A stretch of DNA of 64,000 nucleotides from Mustelus asterias (lineage: Eukaryota), in NCBI RefSeq assembly GCF_964213995.1, contig NC_135825.1:12400001-12464000 (forward strand), read 5' to 3'. Position 1 is the first letter of the stretch, and each line of letters opens with the position of its first letter. Under the pieces are notes generated by a model. The model made no database searches and was not told where the DNA came from. It worked only from the letters and a program-made list of their open reading frames with translations. Below are positions 49,085 through 61,249 of the stretch, piece after piece. The position numbers were made by a program, and so were the translations under genes.

Positions 49085-50011
49085 ATGGGTGTGAAGGCAG
49101 TGCAATGTTCCTCTTGCACTATGTTCGAGGTGAGGGACGACGTCAGTGTCCCTGCTGATTATACCTGTGAGAAGTGCATCCATCTGCAGCTCCTCCAAAA
49201 CCGTGTAAGGGAACTGGAGCTGGAGTTGGAGGAACTTAGGATCATTAGGGATGCAGAGATGGCCATAGACAGAAGCTTCAGGGATACAGTTACTCCGCGG
49301 AATGAAAATAGATGGGTGACGGTGAGAGGGGCTGGGAAGAAGCAGTCGGTGCAGGTATCCCCTGTGGTCGTTCCCCTTAGCAATAAGTATTCCGCTTTGG
49401 ATACGGTTGAGGGGGACGACATACCAGTGGTGAGCCGCAGTGAGAGGATCTCCGGCACTGAGTCCGTCCCTGTGGCTCAGGAGGGTAAGGAGGAGAGCGG
49501 GAGGGCAATAGTTATTGGGGACTCGTTAGTTAGAGGGATAGATAGGAGGTTCTGTGGCAGCAAAAGAGACTCGAGGATGGTTTGTTGCCTACCGGATGCC
49601 AGGGTCCGTGACGTCTCGGACCGTGTTTTCCGGATTCTTAAGGGGGAGGGGAAACAGTCACAAGTCGTGGTACACATTGGTACCAACGACATAGGTAAGA
49701 GAAGGGACGGGGATTTAAAACAGGAATTTCGGGAGCTCGGCTGGAAGCTGAGAGCAAAGACAAAACATGTGGTCATCTCTGGTACGCTACCGGTGCCACG
49801 TGATAGCGAGTTGAGGAACAGGGAGAGAGTGCACTTAAACATGTGGTTGCAGGGATGGTGCAGGAGGGAGGGTTTCAGATACGTGGATAATTGGAACACG
49901 TTCTGGGGAAGGTGGGACCTCTACAAACAGGACGGGGTGCACCTGAACCAGAGGGGCACCAATATCCTGGGAGGGAAATTTGCTACGGCTCTTCAGGGGG
50001 ATTTAAACTAA
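49085..50011 (+). CDS. CR1 ORF1p: zinc finger/leucine zipper plus SGNH esterase
   Basis: CSSC..CEKC, LELELEEL, VIGDSLVRG, HIGTND, DGVHLN; 308 aa open. Confidence 0.9.
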   Translation: MGVKAVQCSSCTMFEVRDDVSVPADYTCEKCIHLQLLQNRVRELELELEELRIIRDAEMAIDRSFRDTVTPRNENRWVTVRGAGKKQSVQVSPVVVPLSNKYSALDTVEGDDIPVVSRSERISGTESVPVAQEGKEESGRAIVIGDSLVRGIDRRFCGSKRDSRMVCCLPDARVRDVSDRVFRILKGEGKQSQVVVHIGTNDIGKRRDGDLKQEFRELGWKLRAKTKHVVISGTLPVPRDSELRNRERVHLNMWLQGWCRREGFRYVDNWNTFWGRWDLYKQDGVHLNQRGTNILGGKFATALQGDLN

Positions 50012-52908
50012 TTTGTCAGGGGAGTGGGGAAAGGAGTTATAGTCCAGAAGTCAGTGTTGAGGGTGGTGAGGTATTGGGGAAGGTATCAAGGTCAAGGGTG
50101 GGTACCGGTAGACAGGAAGATGGGTTGAAGTGTGTCTACTTCAATGCAAGGAGCATCCGGAACAAGGTGGATGAACTTGGGGCGTGGATTGCTACTTGGG
50201 ACTACGATGTTGTGGCCATTACGGAGACGTGGGTAGAACAAGGACAGGAATGGTTGTTGGACGTTCCGGGGTATAGATGTTTCAGTAAGTGTAGGGAAGC
50301 TGGTAAAAGAGGTGGAGGAGTAGCATTGTTAATCAAGGATAGTTTAACGGCTGCGGAAAAGCACTTTGAGGGGGATATGCACACTGAGGTAATATGGGCT
50401 GCAGTTAGAAACAGGAAAGGAGCGGTCACGTTGCTAGGAGTTTACTATAGGCCCCCAAATAGTAATAGAGATGTGGAGGAAGAAATTGCTAAGCAGATTA
50501 TGGATACGTGTGGGGGTCACAGGGTAGTTGTCATGGGGGACTTTAACTTTCCAAATATTGATTGGAACCTTTGTAGGTCAAATAGTTTGGATGGGGCACT
50601 TTTTGTGCAGTGTGTGCAGGAGGGTTTCCTGACACAATATGTGGATAGGCCGACAAGGGGTGAGGCCACATTGGATTTGGTACTGGGAAATGAACCGGGC
50701 CAAGTGTTAGATTTGGTTGTGGGAGAGAACTTTGGAGATAGTGACCACAATTCGGTGTCTTTTGTTATTGCAATGGAGAGGGATAGGGCCGGACGGCAGG
50801 GCAAGGCTTACAATTGGGGGAGAGGTAATTATGATGCGATTAGGCAAGAATTAGGGGGCATAAGATGGGAACAGAAACTGTCAGGGAAAGGCTCTGATGA
50901 AAAGTGGAACTTTTTCAAGGAACAAATACTGGGTGTCCTTGATAGGTATGTCCCTGTCAGGCAGGGAGGAAATGGCTGAGTGAGGGAACCGTGGTTCACA
51001 AAAGAGGTGGAATGTCTTGTGAAAAGGAAGAGGGAAGCTTATGTAGGGATGAGGAAACAAGGTTCAGATGGCTCGACTGAGGGTTACAAGTTAGCAAGGA
51101 ACGAGCTGAAAAAGGGGCTGAGGAGAGCTAGGAGGGGACATGAGAAGTCCTTGGCGGGTCGGATCAAGGAAAACCCCAAGGCTTTTTACTCTTATGTGAG
51201 GAATAAAAGAATGACCAGGGTGAGGTTAGGGCCGGTCAAGGACAGTGGTGGGAACTTGTGTATGGAATCAGTAGAGATAGGCGAGGTGATGAATGAATAC
51301 TTTTCTTCAGTGTTCACCAAGGAGAGGGGCCATGTTTTTCAGGAAGAGAAGGTGTTACAGGCTAATAGGCTGGAGGAAATAGATGTTCGGAGGGAGGATG
51401 TATTGGCAGTTTTGAATAAACTGAAGGTCGATAAGTCCCCTGGGCCTGATGAAATGTATCCTAGGATTCTTTGGGAGGCGAGGGATGAGATTGCAGAGCC
51501 TTTGGCTTTGATCTTTGGGTCCTCGCTGTCCACGGGGATGGTGCCAGAGGACTGGAGAGTGGCAAATGTTGTTCCTCTGTTTAAGAAAGGGAATAGAAAT
51601 GACCCTGGTAATTATAGACCGGTTAGTCTGACTTCGGTGGTTGGTAAATTGATGGAAAAGGTCCTTAGGGATGGGATTTACGACCATTTAGAAAGATGCG
51701 GATTAATCCGGGATAGTCAGCACGGATTTGTGAAGGGCAAATCGTGCCTCACAAATTTGATAGAATTTTTTGAGGAGGTAACTAGGTGTGTTGATGAAGG
51801 TAGGGCGGTTGATGTCATATACATGGATTTTAGTAAGGCGTTTGATAAGGTCCCCCATGGTCGGCTTATGATGAAAGTAAGGAGGTGTAGGATAGAGGGA
51901 AAGTTGGCCGATTGGATAGGTAACTGGCTGTCTGATCGAAGACAGAGGGTGGTGGTGGATGGAAAATTTTCGGACTGGAGGCAGGTTGCTAGCGGAGTGC
52001 CGCAGGGATCGGTGCTTGGTCCTCTGCTCTTTGTGATTTTTATTAATGACTTAGAGGAGGGGGCTGAAGGGTGGATCAGTAAATTTGCTGATGACACCAA
52101 GATTGGTGGAGTAGTGGATGAGGTGGAGGGGTGTTGTAGGCTGCAAAGAGACATAGATAGGATGCAAAGCTGGGCTGAAAAATGGCAAATGGAGTTTAAC
52201 CCTGATAAATGTGAGGTGATTCATTTTGGTAGGACTAATTTAAATGTGGATTACAGGGTCAAAGGTAGGGTTCTGAAGACTGTGGAGGAACAGAGAGATC
52301 TTGGGGTCCATATCCACAGATCTCTAAAGGTTGCCACTCAAGTGGATAGAGCTGTGAAGAAGGCATATAGTGTGTTAGCTTTTATTAACAGGGGGTTGGA
52401 GTTTAAGAGCCGTGGGGTTATGCTGCAACTGTACAGGACCTTGGTGAGACCACATTTGGAATATTGCGTGCAGTTCTGGTCACCTCACTATAAGAAGGAT
52501 GTGGAAGCGTTGGAAAGAGTGCAGAGGAGATTTACCAGGATGCTGCCTGGTTTGGAGTGTCGGTCTTATGAGGAAAGGTTGAGGGAGCTGGGGCTGTTCT
52601 CTCTGGAGCGGAGGAGATTGAGGGGAGACTTAATAGAGGTTTATAAAATGATGAAGGGGATAGATCGAGTGAACGTTCAAAGACTATTTCCTCGGATGGA
52701 TGGAGCTATTACGAGGGGGCATAACTATAGGGTTCATGGTGGGAGATATAGGAAGGATATCAGAGGTAGGTTCTTCACGCAGAGAGTGGTTGGGGTGTGG
52801 AATGGACTGCCTGCAGTGATAGTGGAGTCAGACGCTTTAGGAACATTTAAGCGGTTATTGGATAGGCACATGGAGCACACCAGGATGGTAGGGAGTGGGA
52901 TAGCTTGA
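50012..52908 (+). pseudogene. CR1 ORF2 (APE endonuclease plus RT) with one in-frame stop at 50977-50979
   Basis: ORF 49891-50979 (NARS, ITETW, GDFN, SDH) and ORF 50980-52908 ([14 protein letters not shown]) are in the same frame. Confidence 0.9.
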
Positions 52909-53500
52909 TCTTGGTTTCAGATGAAGGTCGGCACAACATCGTGGGCCGAAGGGCCTGTTCTGTGCTGTACTGTTCTATGTTCTATGTTCTATGTTAATTA
53001 ACAGAAAAATTATTTTCACAGATACAATATTAACCACTTGTCCAATTTTAATGGCTGCACTAATTCCTCGCCTCATCTTTCCCTGTGAGTTCAATGCAGA
53101 GCTGAAAATCCTTCCCATCAAGGACATCTCTCCAGGAAAGCATCATGGGTGCTGGGATCCAGTGGTGGCAGAGGCCAGCTTCCTGGTGGGAACGTGCTTT
53201 TATGACTCAGCAAAATAAACAAGAGGATATCTGGACTGAAATCCTCGCTGCACGAGTCTTTAAATGCTTTAATAACAACTCTTTATCCCCAGTGCCCGGA
53301 ATGGGTTACAAAACACAGATTATCAATAAAATTTAGGACACTTCCACATCCCCCCTCACTATCAGACAAGAGAACATTAGAGGGAAAAGAATTCTCCCAA
53401 ATCCGTTATCCCCACCATGTCCTGAGGTTCCATTTGGGAAGAGGGCTCTCTCGGTTGACTTAATCAGATGATTCTGAATTTTATCCTCATGTCTCGATAG

Positions 53501-53585
53501 GAGCCGCAAATAATTGTGAAATTGTAACAACAAAATCACCCACAACTTCAGCCACGTCTTCAGGATCTACACCTGTCAGTGAAAG
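53501..53585 (+). CDS. Gene B stalk exon
   Basis: tcgatag|GA ... AG|gtacag; (G)AANNCEIVTTKSPTTSATSSGSTPVSE(S). Confidence 0.82.
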
Positions 53586-54167
53586 GTACAGTGTTCTCAA
53601 TGCTGATGTTTCCATTAGCATTGCTTTCCAATCAGAATCAATGATTATCAGTTTTGGCATAAGGTTTTACAATAATTTACCAGAATGGAAATGTTGGCTG
53701 TGTTTACATAATGCTATTGTGTTTGCTTCCTAACAAAGTTGCTGTTTCTGTCAGTGGAAATTCTTGACCCCGTTTAGTGGAAAGAGATGAGTATTTTAGT
53801 TTGCCAACTTTCACATGGTGCAGTTTTCATTATTCATGTTAATCACTTCACCGTGAACCCAATCTCATGGAGTTGTGTTTGTCACACTCCAGCGATACCA
53901 GATTTCCTTAACCCGGTGTGTTCTGGAGTATCGCTGACAGGAACATTGCATTCACTGTCATCTTCTCCTTCTCAGTTGCCCAGTTTAATACCCAGTTCCC
54001 AAACTGAGAGGGTTAAAGGCCGTCTGCTTCCAGCTGGTTCCGAAGTTCCTCTTAGGAGTTGCATCAGGGAATTGTGGGATGATGAAAACAGAAAGCGCGG
54101 GAAAAACTCAACAGGTCCAGCAGCATCTGTGGAGAGAGGAACAGAGTAAACAGTTCGAGTCAAATGC

Positions 54168-54524
54168 TTTTTCTTCATTCGTTCATGGGATGTGGGCGTC
54201 TCTGGCTATATGCCCATTCCTAATGATCCTTGTTCAGAGAGCATTTAAGAGTCAATGACATTGCTGTGGGCCTGGAGTCACATGTAGGCCCGACCAGGTA
54301 GAGAAGGAAGATTTCCTTCCCTAAAGGACATGAGTGAAGAAGATGGGTTTTTACAACTATCGGTCATGGTCCCGTGGTCAGCGTTAGACTTCTAATTCCA
54401 GACTTCCATTGAATTTAAATTTCACCATCTGCCATGGTGGGATTCGAGCACAAGTCCCCCAAGCATTACACTGAGTCTCTGGATTACTAGTCCAGTGATA
54501 TTAGCACTGCGACACCATCTCCCC
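54168..54524 (-). mobile_element. tRNA-derived SINE (SacSINE1-like)
   Basis: Same family as 26706-27057. Confidence 0.7.
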
Positions 54525-54893
54525 ATGTGGAATGATGTCATTCTAAATTCCTCACTCACTGAAGGGATCCATCACCATTGCTATATTGCACCAGACAGTG
54601 GTGCTATTCCACAAATGGCCAATCACTTTAGAGTATTTTCACTTTTAAGATTTCGCTGAGTGTTACAGTTGTATGTTTTGGACATTTTAATGAAACTTAT
54701 TCAAGTTGTTCTTTATCTAATGATCATGAAGTGACTAAATTAAACTTTAGTTTATATTTTGCAGAAAAAGTCCTAAGGGACATAACATTGCTACAATATA
54801 CAATGATCACAGTGTAAAGAGGAGATTAATGTTTCAAACACGAAGCTGCCTCATTCCCTTCAAATCATTCTGTATTTCTTCCACTTTGCTCAG

Positions 54894-54984
54894 TTCCTTC
54901 ATCTGGAATGTGATTCGCTGGGGGCTCTTCGCCCTCCTGGTGATTTGTGTTATTTCGGTCACATGGTTCACGAGAAAATCTCGG
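54894..54984 (+). CDS. Gene B transmembrane exon with TM arginine
   Basis: Upstream AG is AC here; in-frame acceptor ctcag|T lies 9 nt downstream; SSFIWNVIRWGLFALLVICVISVTWFTRKSR|gtgagg. Confidence 0.85.
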
Positions 54985-56181
54985 GTGAGGATTATGGACT
55001 TTACAACCATCATTCTGAGCACTTTGTAAATTCCCCATCAATTATCTCAAAAACATTGATCACAGATATTGTGAAAAGAAACTTGCATTGATGTTAATGT
55101 CCGCAGGATTAGACAAAGCCTTTACAGATTATATAGTTCGGTTTGAAGTGTTGCTGATGTTATGTCGGAAAGATCAAGGGGATTCTTTGTTGTGGATGGT
55201 GTCAACATTCCTGATCTTTGTTGCAGCTGCATCCATCCTGAAGTGATCAGCTGTCTTTGTCCAGGATAACTTCCACTCATAAATGAAAGTTAAACTTCAT
55301 CACTGAAGGATTTGATAGTTAAATGCACACAGTCCATTTCATGAATTCAAGGAATCCCAAGTTCTCATTTTCACTCTTCTGCTCATCATTATCACAATGA
55401 ACTGACTGGGTGTGACTAATCCCTACCTGTAAATTCAGCATCTGACCTCACACATATAGTGAGCTGTTTAAAAAGGAATTTTCAAAAAGCAACAAAAGAT
55501 TCCAAAGTGTTTTTCTCTCCGGATGCATTTGAAGCGACTGTGCTCCTATTGAGACAACAGAAAGACTGCCAGCCAGCAGAAAGACCAACTTGCATCTGTC
55601 TCTCAACCACCCGCTACTCCACACCCCCATCCCCAACCCTCCGGAGAGTGGTAAAGGCCCCGGGCGAGATTATCCAGCCCTTCCCATCCACTGGATCCTC
55701 CAGTCACACGAAAGGACACTCACCATGGCGGGTTGGCTGGTGGCGGGATGGATGAGCCACGTGAAGCAGCGGAGAGACCTGCCCCTGCTGCTGGTAAACA
55801 CACCATGACAGTGAGGGGGAGGTGGATTGAGGGGGGGAGGGGGGAGGAGGGGGGGAGGGCTGAAGTTCCGGCCTCCTCCCCCATCCCTGATTGACTTCTT
55901 CGTTACTGCTTTCCAAAGGCCATCACAAAATGCAAAGTAGGGGAAATGGAGCAATGACTGCCACAGACACACCCACTTTAAAATACACAATGGGTGAAGT
56001 ATTTCAAGGTGAGGCTGCAGCCACTGCAGATAAAGATTGCAAATGCAACAGCTTTGGAAAACTGTGTTTCAGTAGGTTCAAGCAGTCAACATTACCGGAA
56101 AACCTACCAGCATTTATAATTACAACATCTCCTACATCTGACCGCCTTCAAGAAACCGGCATTTAAAAAAATCTTTTCTTT

Positions 56182-56328
56182 NNNNNNNNNNNNNNNNNNN
56201 NNNNNNNNNNNNNNNNNNNNNNNNNNNNNNNNNNNNNNNNNNNNNNNNNNNNNNNNNNNNNNNNNNNNNNNNNNNNNNNNNNNNNNNNNNNNNNNNNNNN
56301 NNNNNNNNNNNNNNNNNNNNNNNNNNNN
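56182..56328. other. Assembly gap (147 N)
   Basis: Run of n. Confidence 0.99.
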
Positions 56329-56445
56329 TGCATGTGTGTGTGCGCGTGCATGCGTGTGTGTGTGTGCGCGCACGTGCATGCATGTGTGTGTGCGCATGCA
56401 TGCATGTGTGTGTGTGCATGTCTGTGTGTGCACGCACACATGCGT
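56329..56445. repeat. Compound (TG/CA/CG)n microsatellite
   Basis: Directly visible, adjacent to the gap. Confidence 0.95.
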
Positions 56446-57190
56446 GTTGGGCCTCAGCAAATGAACACTGCCTCTGGGCCAAATGCTTGTCACCGCATTT
56501 TCATTATTTTACTCTTGTGTTTGGAACGGCAACATGTCTTCTATTGCTTTAATTCAAGGAAACCATTTTGATTGGTTCCTTATCGCTCACAGCTTAAATA
56601 TTAAAAACATTCTGATTTGGAAAAGATGCAACCTCGCAAAAAGGAAAATTCAAACCAATTGTTGTGACCATCTGAGGAGGTGGAATACAGGGTAGCCTGT
56701 TCGTCCCATCTCACCGAGACATAACGTCATTGAGACAAAAGTTACAGACAATTTGCGCACAGCAAATTCTTCATATCAGCAAAGGAGATGATTGTCCAGA
56801 TAAGCTGTTTAAGCCAAGACACTGGGCGAAATCATCAGCTCTCCTTCAAATAGAATCATGGCAGTTTTCGGGGCCTCAGCAAAAAGATGTGTCTCTCAGG
56901 GAATCATTCATCTCACAATGAGTGACAGGGAAAAGGAGTTAGAGTTACAGATAAATTTAATCTTATCTAATTGAATGGTGAGTTGAATGAGGAGTTGAAT
57001 ATTCCTGTTGCTGGGTTGCTCTGCAATCCATCAATTGTTCCTGTGTAACCCATCCATGTAGAACCCTCCCATCTTACAATGCAAGCTAGAAAACAGTTCC
57101 TCCCAGAACATGGAGGGATAAAATGGGAAAGGCTAAAAAAAAGGCAGCAGAAATGTTTGTTTTTGGACAAGAACAGCAGGGACATAATAT

Positions 57191-57512
57191 GGTGGCATGG
57201 TGGCACATTGGTTAGCACTGCTGTCTCACAGCACCAAGGACCTGGTTTCAATTCCAGCCTTGGGTCACTGCCTGTATGGAGTTTGCACATTCTCCCTGCT
57301 TTTGAGTAGGTTTCCTCTGGGTGATCCAGTTTCCTTCCACGGTCTAAGGATGAGCGTGTTAGGTTGATTGGCCATGCCAAATTGCACCTTGATATCAGGG
57401 GGATTAGTAGGGTAAATATGTGTTGTTACAGGGATAGGGCCTGGGTGGGATTGTTATCGGTGCAGGCTTGGTGGTCCAAATGGCCTCCTCCTGCACTGCA
57501 GTGATTCAATTA
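57191..57512 (+). mobile_element. HE1 V-SINE
   Basis: Head, core and CR1-like tail. Confidence 0.82.
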
Positions 57513-57611
57513 TGCAGACTGTAGCAAGAGGCGGAGACATTGGCTCAATGGTATTTTCTGGAAACAGCAATTGGACTGCATGAAATATATATAACATAGA
57601 AAAAAAAAGTT

Positions 57612-57881
57612 TTTTTATCAGTCGTAACTAAGGCTTACATTAACAATGCAATGAAGTCACTGCAAAATTCCCCTCGTTGCCACAATCCGGTGCCTGTTTG
57701 GATCAATGCACCTAACCAGCACGTCTTTCAGAATGTGAGAGGAAACCGGAGCACCCGGAGGAAACCCACGCAGACATGGGGGGAACGTGCAAACTCCACA
57801 CAGACAGTGACCCAAGCCAGGAATCGAGCCCGGGTCTCTGGCGCTGTGAAGCAGCTATGCTAACCACTGTGCTACCGTGTT
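57612..57881 (-). mobile_element. HE1-like V-SINE (alternative tail)
   Basis: Reverse complement of the 7662-7963 type. Confidence 0.82.
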
Positions 57882-58154
57882 ACCCCAATGACAATCTATT
57901 TCTGCAAACAACTGCCCATAACCCCAACTGCAAGAAACAATTAGTTACTAGTGAAAAAATAATGTTCCTTGTCTCAAAAGGGCCACAACAGACACCTTTT
58001 CCCAGCAGTTACGCAATGCGACCTCAACACAGTTGCAACTCATCACAAGCTTTGTCACAATTTATTGCAATTTCCAGAATTCTGTTCAAATCTGAAATGA
58101 CAATTGATGCATTGTTCTCACTCGCTCAATCAATCTGATGATTTTCTTTTCCAG

Positions 58155-58202
58155 TCACTCAATGATTCCGATTCTCACTGTTCAAACAAAGTGGGAAAAT
58201 GA
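58155..58202 (+). CDS. Gene B terminal cytoplasmic exon
   Basis: ttttcttttccag|TCA; SLNDSDSHCSNKVGK*; completes a 900-nt CDS (299 aa). Confidence 0.75.
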   Translation, partial: SLNDSDSHCSNKVGK

Positions 58203-61200
58203 AGATTACGGGGTTATGTCCACATTGATGGAATTTTGCATCCTGGTCAAATATTCACGATTCACCCGGCTTTGAACATTTCTTTTAACAAGTCCGCATA
58301 AAGTGCTTGATGTTATTAAATGATTTTGCCCAGTACATTAGTGGAGGAATCAAAAACCTAAAAAATGGCTGGGACTTTCAAGTTGTATTGATCTGTTTGC
58401 TGATTAAATGTCTACACTTCTTTGTTCATATTCTCCTCTTAATCTGTGTCGATTTAAAGACGAACAAATTCTTTAAGAATTTTTAATTCATTGGAAACCA
58501 ATCGCTCCAATGATACGTTCCACATTTACCAGGCTTGGGAGAATGTAACATTATAACAGCAGAATAGGAGATACACTGGTTTAAATACGACAAAACAACT
58601 GACTCCCACCATCTCCCTGCCCAATAGAATCCTCACCCACACTGTGGATACCTCCACACTCGACTGTTCCAATGTCATCCAATGCCTTGCACCTTCCGCC
58701 CTGCATCAAGTTAAGCCCATCCAAGATATTTCTGCCAGTTTTACTCATTTAAAAATTCGATATAAATGCAAATTATTGCTTCTTTATGCAACCCTACCGT
58801 GAGGGGAAAAACCAAGCCAGACCATTTCAAGATCAAACGGGCCGTGGACTGGCAGGATCTGGTTTTGAAGTGGTCATTGCTGGATTTAAATGGAGGCTGT
58901 CAATTAACTGGTAATTCTGCTCAACATACTAGAATCCAATAGAGATTCCCAGTTGCTGAGTTGGCAACAATACGTTTCAACTGACTCCACCTGGCACCAT
59001 AGCATCTGTTACCAGTTGTACTCGGATTCAGGGAGGGAGCGATATTTTATTGGGATATTGAGTGTGTAATGGGGTCTGACAGGTTCAGGAGTGAATTTGG
59101 CCTCTCTCCCTCAGACTCTCAGTGTGCAGGTTACAATAGGTCCCCCTCCCTCAGTCTGTCACTAAACCTGACACTCAGAATATTACTGAGAGTACACAGT
59201 GTGACTGGGGCTTATACAGGAGTTCATGCTTTGATGAGTATCTGTCTGGGGTTGATGTTCTAACATCTCTCTCTCTTGACTGCAGCAACTTCTCCTCTCT
59301 CCCCACTGACCAACAGCTGAACTCTGAAAAAAATGTTTTCAAGCTTGTTGCACCTCATGGTGGTTTAACCTCGAGAATAATGTGTTGCTGTTCTCAAGGC
59401 TGATGTGTGACAGAAACGTGTGAATGTACAATAGGTGTTAGGTACTAAATGAAGGGTTGTGTTTGCAATTGGGAGGAGGGGATCTGCATTGTTATTGGGC
59501 TTGTTAGAGGCAAACATCATGGTCGCTGATCCATTATTGGGCTCCATGTGATACAGATGGAGAAACAGTGAACAGGTGTACAGGCTTCATAGGAACCACA
59601 CCATGAGTCACTTACCCCAGAGGGAGGAGCTACTGAGCTGGATGAAGTCTTATGAATCATAAACAAAAGGAAAGGCCAAAGCTGAGTGAAAATGGATGGA
59701 TTGATCTCCATCGATTCCCAAAAATCGATTTCCAAAGGCTTGCACATGGCTAAATAACATTCAGAAACAGGGAACAAAGCTGTTTGTTTCTCATTGTTTT
59801 CTCAGGTTTCCAAAGGTGAGGACATCATTCTCAGCTCACCTGTGGCTATTTATTCACAAAAACACAATCCCGACATCAATCAAAAAAAGATTTGACTGAA
59901 TCAGTGTTCTGATGAGTGATATTTGGATGGAAAACATGAAAGTTTATATTTAGTTCCCTTGGTAGAAATACCTAAGAGCCTCAATCTTTATCAGAAATCA
60001 ATGTGGCTCCTAACTGCGCACCACCGCATACTGATGGCAGATTTCCTTCCCTAATGGCCATTTGGCAAGACCATCCTTTTTCTTTCTGAGGATATTCCTA
60101 CACTGTGCCTGTACACTCTCGCCTCCAACTGATTTGACCCTGTTTTTCCTTTTCATCGCTGTATCCAGTCCATTTTTGACGCATTGATCTTTGAACTTTG
60201 TCACATTTGTCTTTCCAAATTTTAGGATTTTTTACTCCTGCTTTCTCTTTCTCCTTTTACATAATGGTGCCAAATCTAAATGTATTCAGGTCACTATCGC
60301 CAAAATGGCCCCCACTGCTACTTCATCCACTCGCCAAAATTAATTTCCTGAGACAAAATCTAGATCCCTCCCCCTCTCATTGGGCTTGTTACGTGCTGGC
60401 TAAAAAACCTCGCTTGAATTCAATTCAAGAATGTTGTGCCCCCTGTATTGTTCACATTGTTCAGACCCCAGTTTATACTCGGGGTGATTGAAGCCCCAAC
60501 TGTTACTGCCCTATTGTTTTTGCATTCAGAAATATTCCTAAATATTTCCTAATCTAAGTCCTTTCCACCACTTGGGGGTTTATTCTGGAGGTACATGAAG
60601 GGTGGAATTCACTGAGAGCCCAGGCCACCATCATTACTGTTAATAAACAGGATATTGTGGGGAGTGCACCCTGTGATACTCAGCTGCCCATCAACAGTCT
60701 TCAGCCCCTGCCCACTGAGCACAGTTCCTGGGAAGGTAAAGCCCTGGCTCAGGCTGATCTATATATTGTGGGTGGGTGACTGAATCGCTCCTGAGCAACT
60801 GGGATGAAAGTGCTCCCAGGCAGGAATCGTGCAGCAGGAGTTTGTCTTGCAATTGTTGGTCTCAGGGGAAGGGACAATTAAAAAGCTGCTCAGTGCGTGC
60901 CTACGCGGATATGGTTTTGACACAGAACCTGTCACTTTACAGGATGTTGAACTATTTGCTCAGATATTCATCGAGGGTGAATAAACAGTTAAATTAGCAG
61001 CTGCAGCTGTGAATCTACATCACACATTCAGCGCTCTGTGGGAAGGGGCGATGATGAATCTTCTTGTCCTACACTTGCATCATTTTATAAATTTTGTATT
61101 CAAGCTCAGAAGTTTCCAACCAGGGGGTCCCTGAGAATGTTTCAGGGGGTCCGCTGTTAAAAGGCAGACACAATTCACTTCATTTATCGAATACATGACT

Positions 61201-61249
61201 GTGTTGGTGAACAAGTAGAAGCTGATTAAACTGTCACAGTGTCAGAGAA

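Larger units (their letters stand above)
48569..52993 (+). mobile_element. Near-intact full-length CR1 (HER1-like) LINE
   Basis: TSD TTAATT (48563-48568, 52994-52999); 5'UTR with a 183-bp tandem repeat; ORF1 and ORF2; (TGTTCTA)n tail; absent from the gene A paralogous intron (~29275). Confidence 0.97.

Noticed and set aside
8592-58202. Assigning symbols such as PIGR or CD300
   Set aside because: Only family-level similarity; the V-C2 architecture and TM type differ from the mammalian genes, and orthology cannot be shown without phylogeny.
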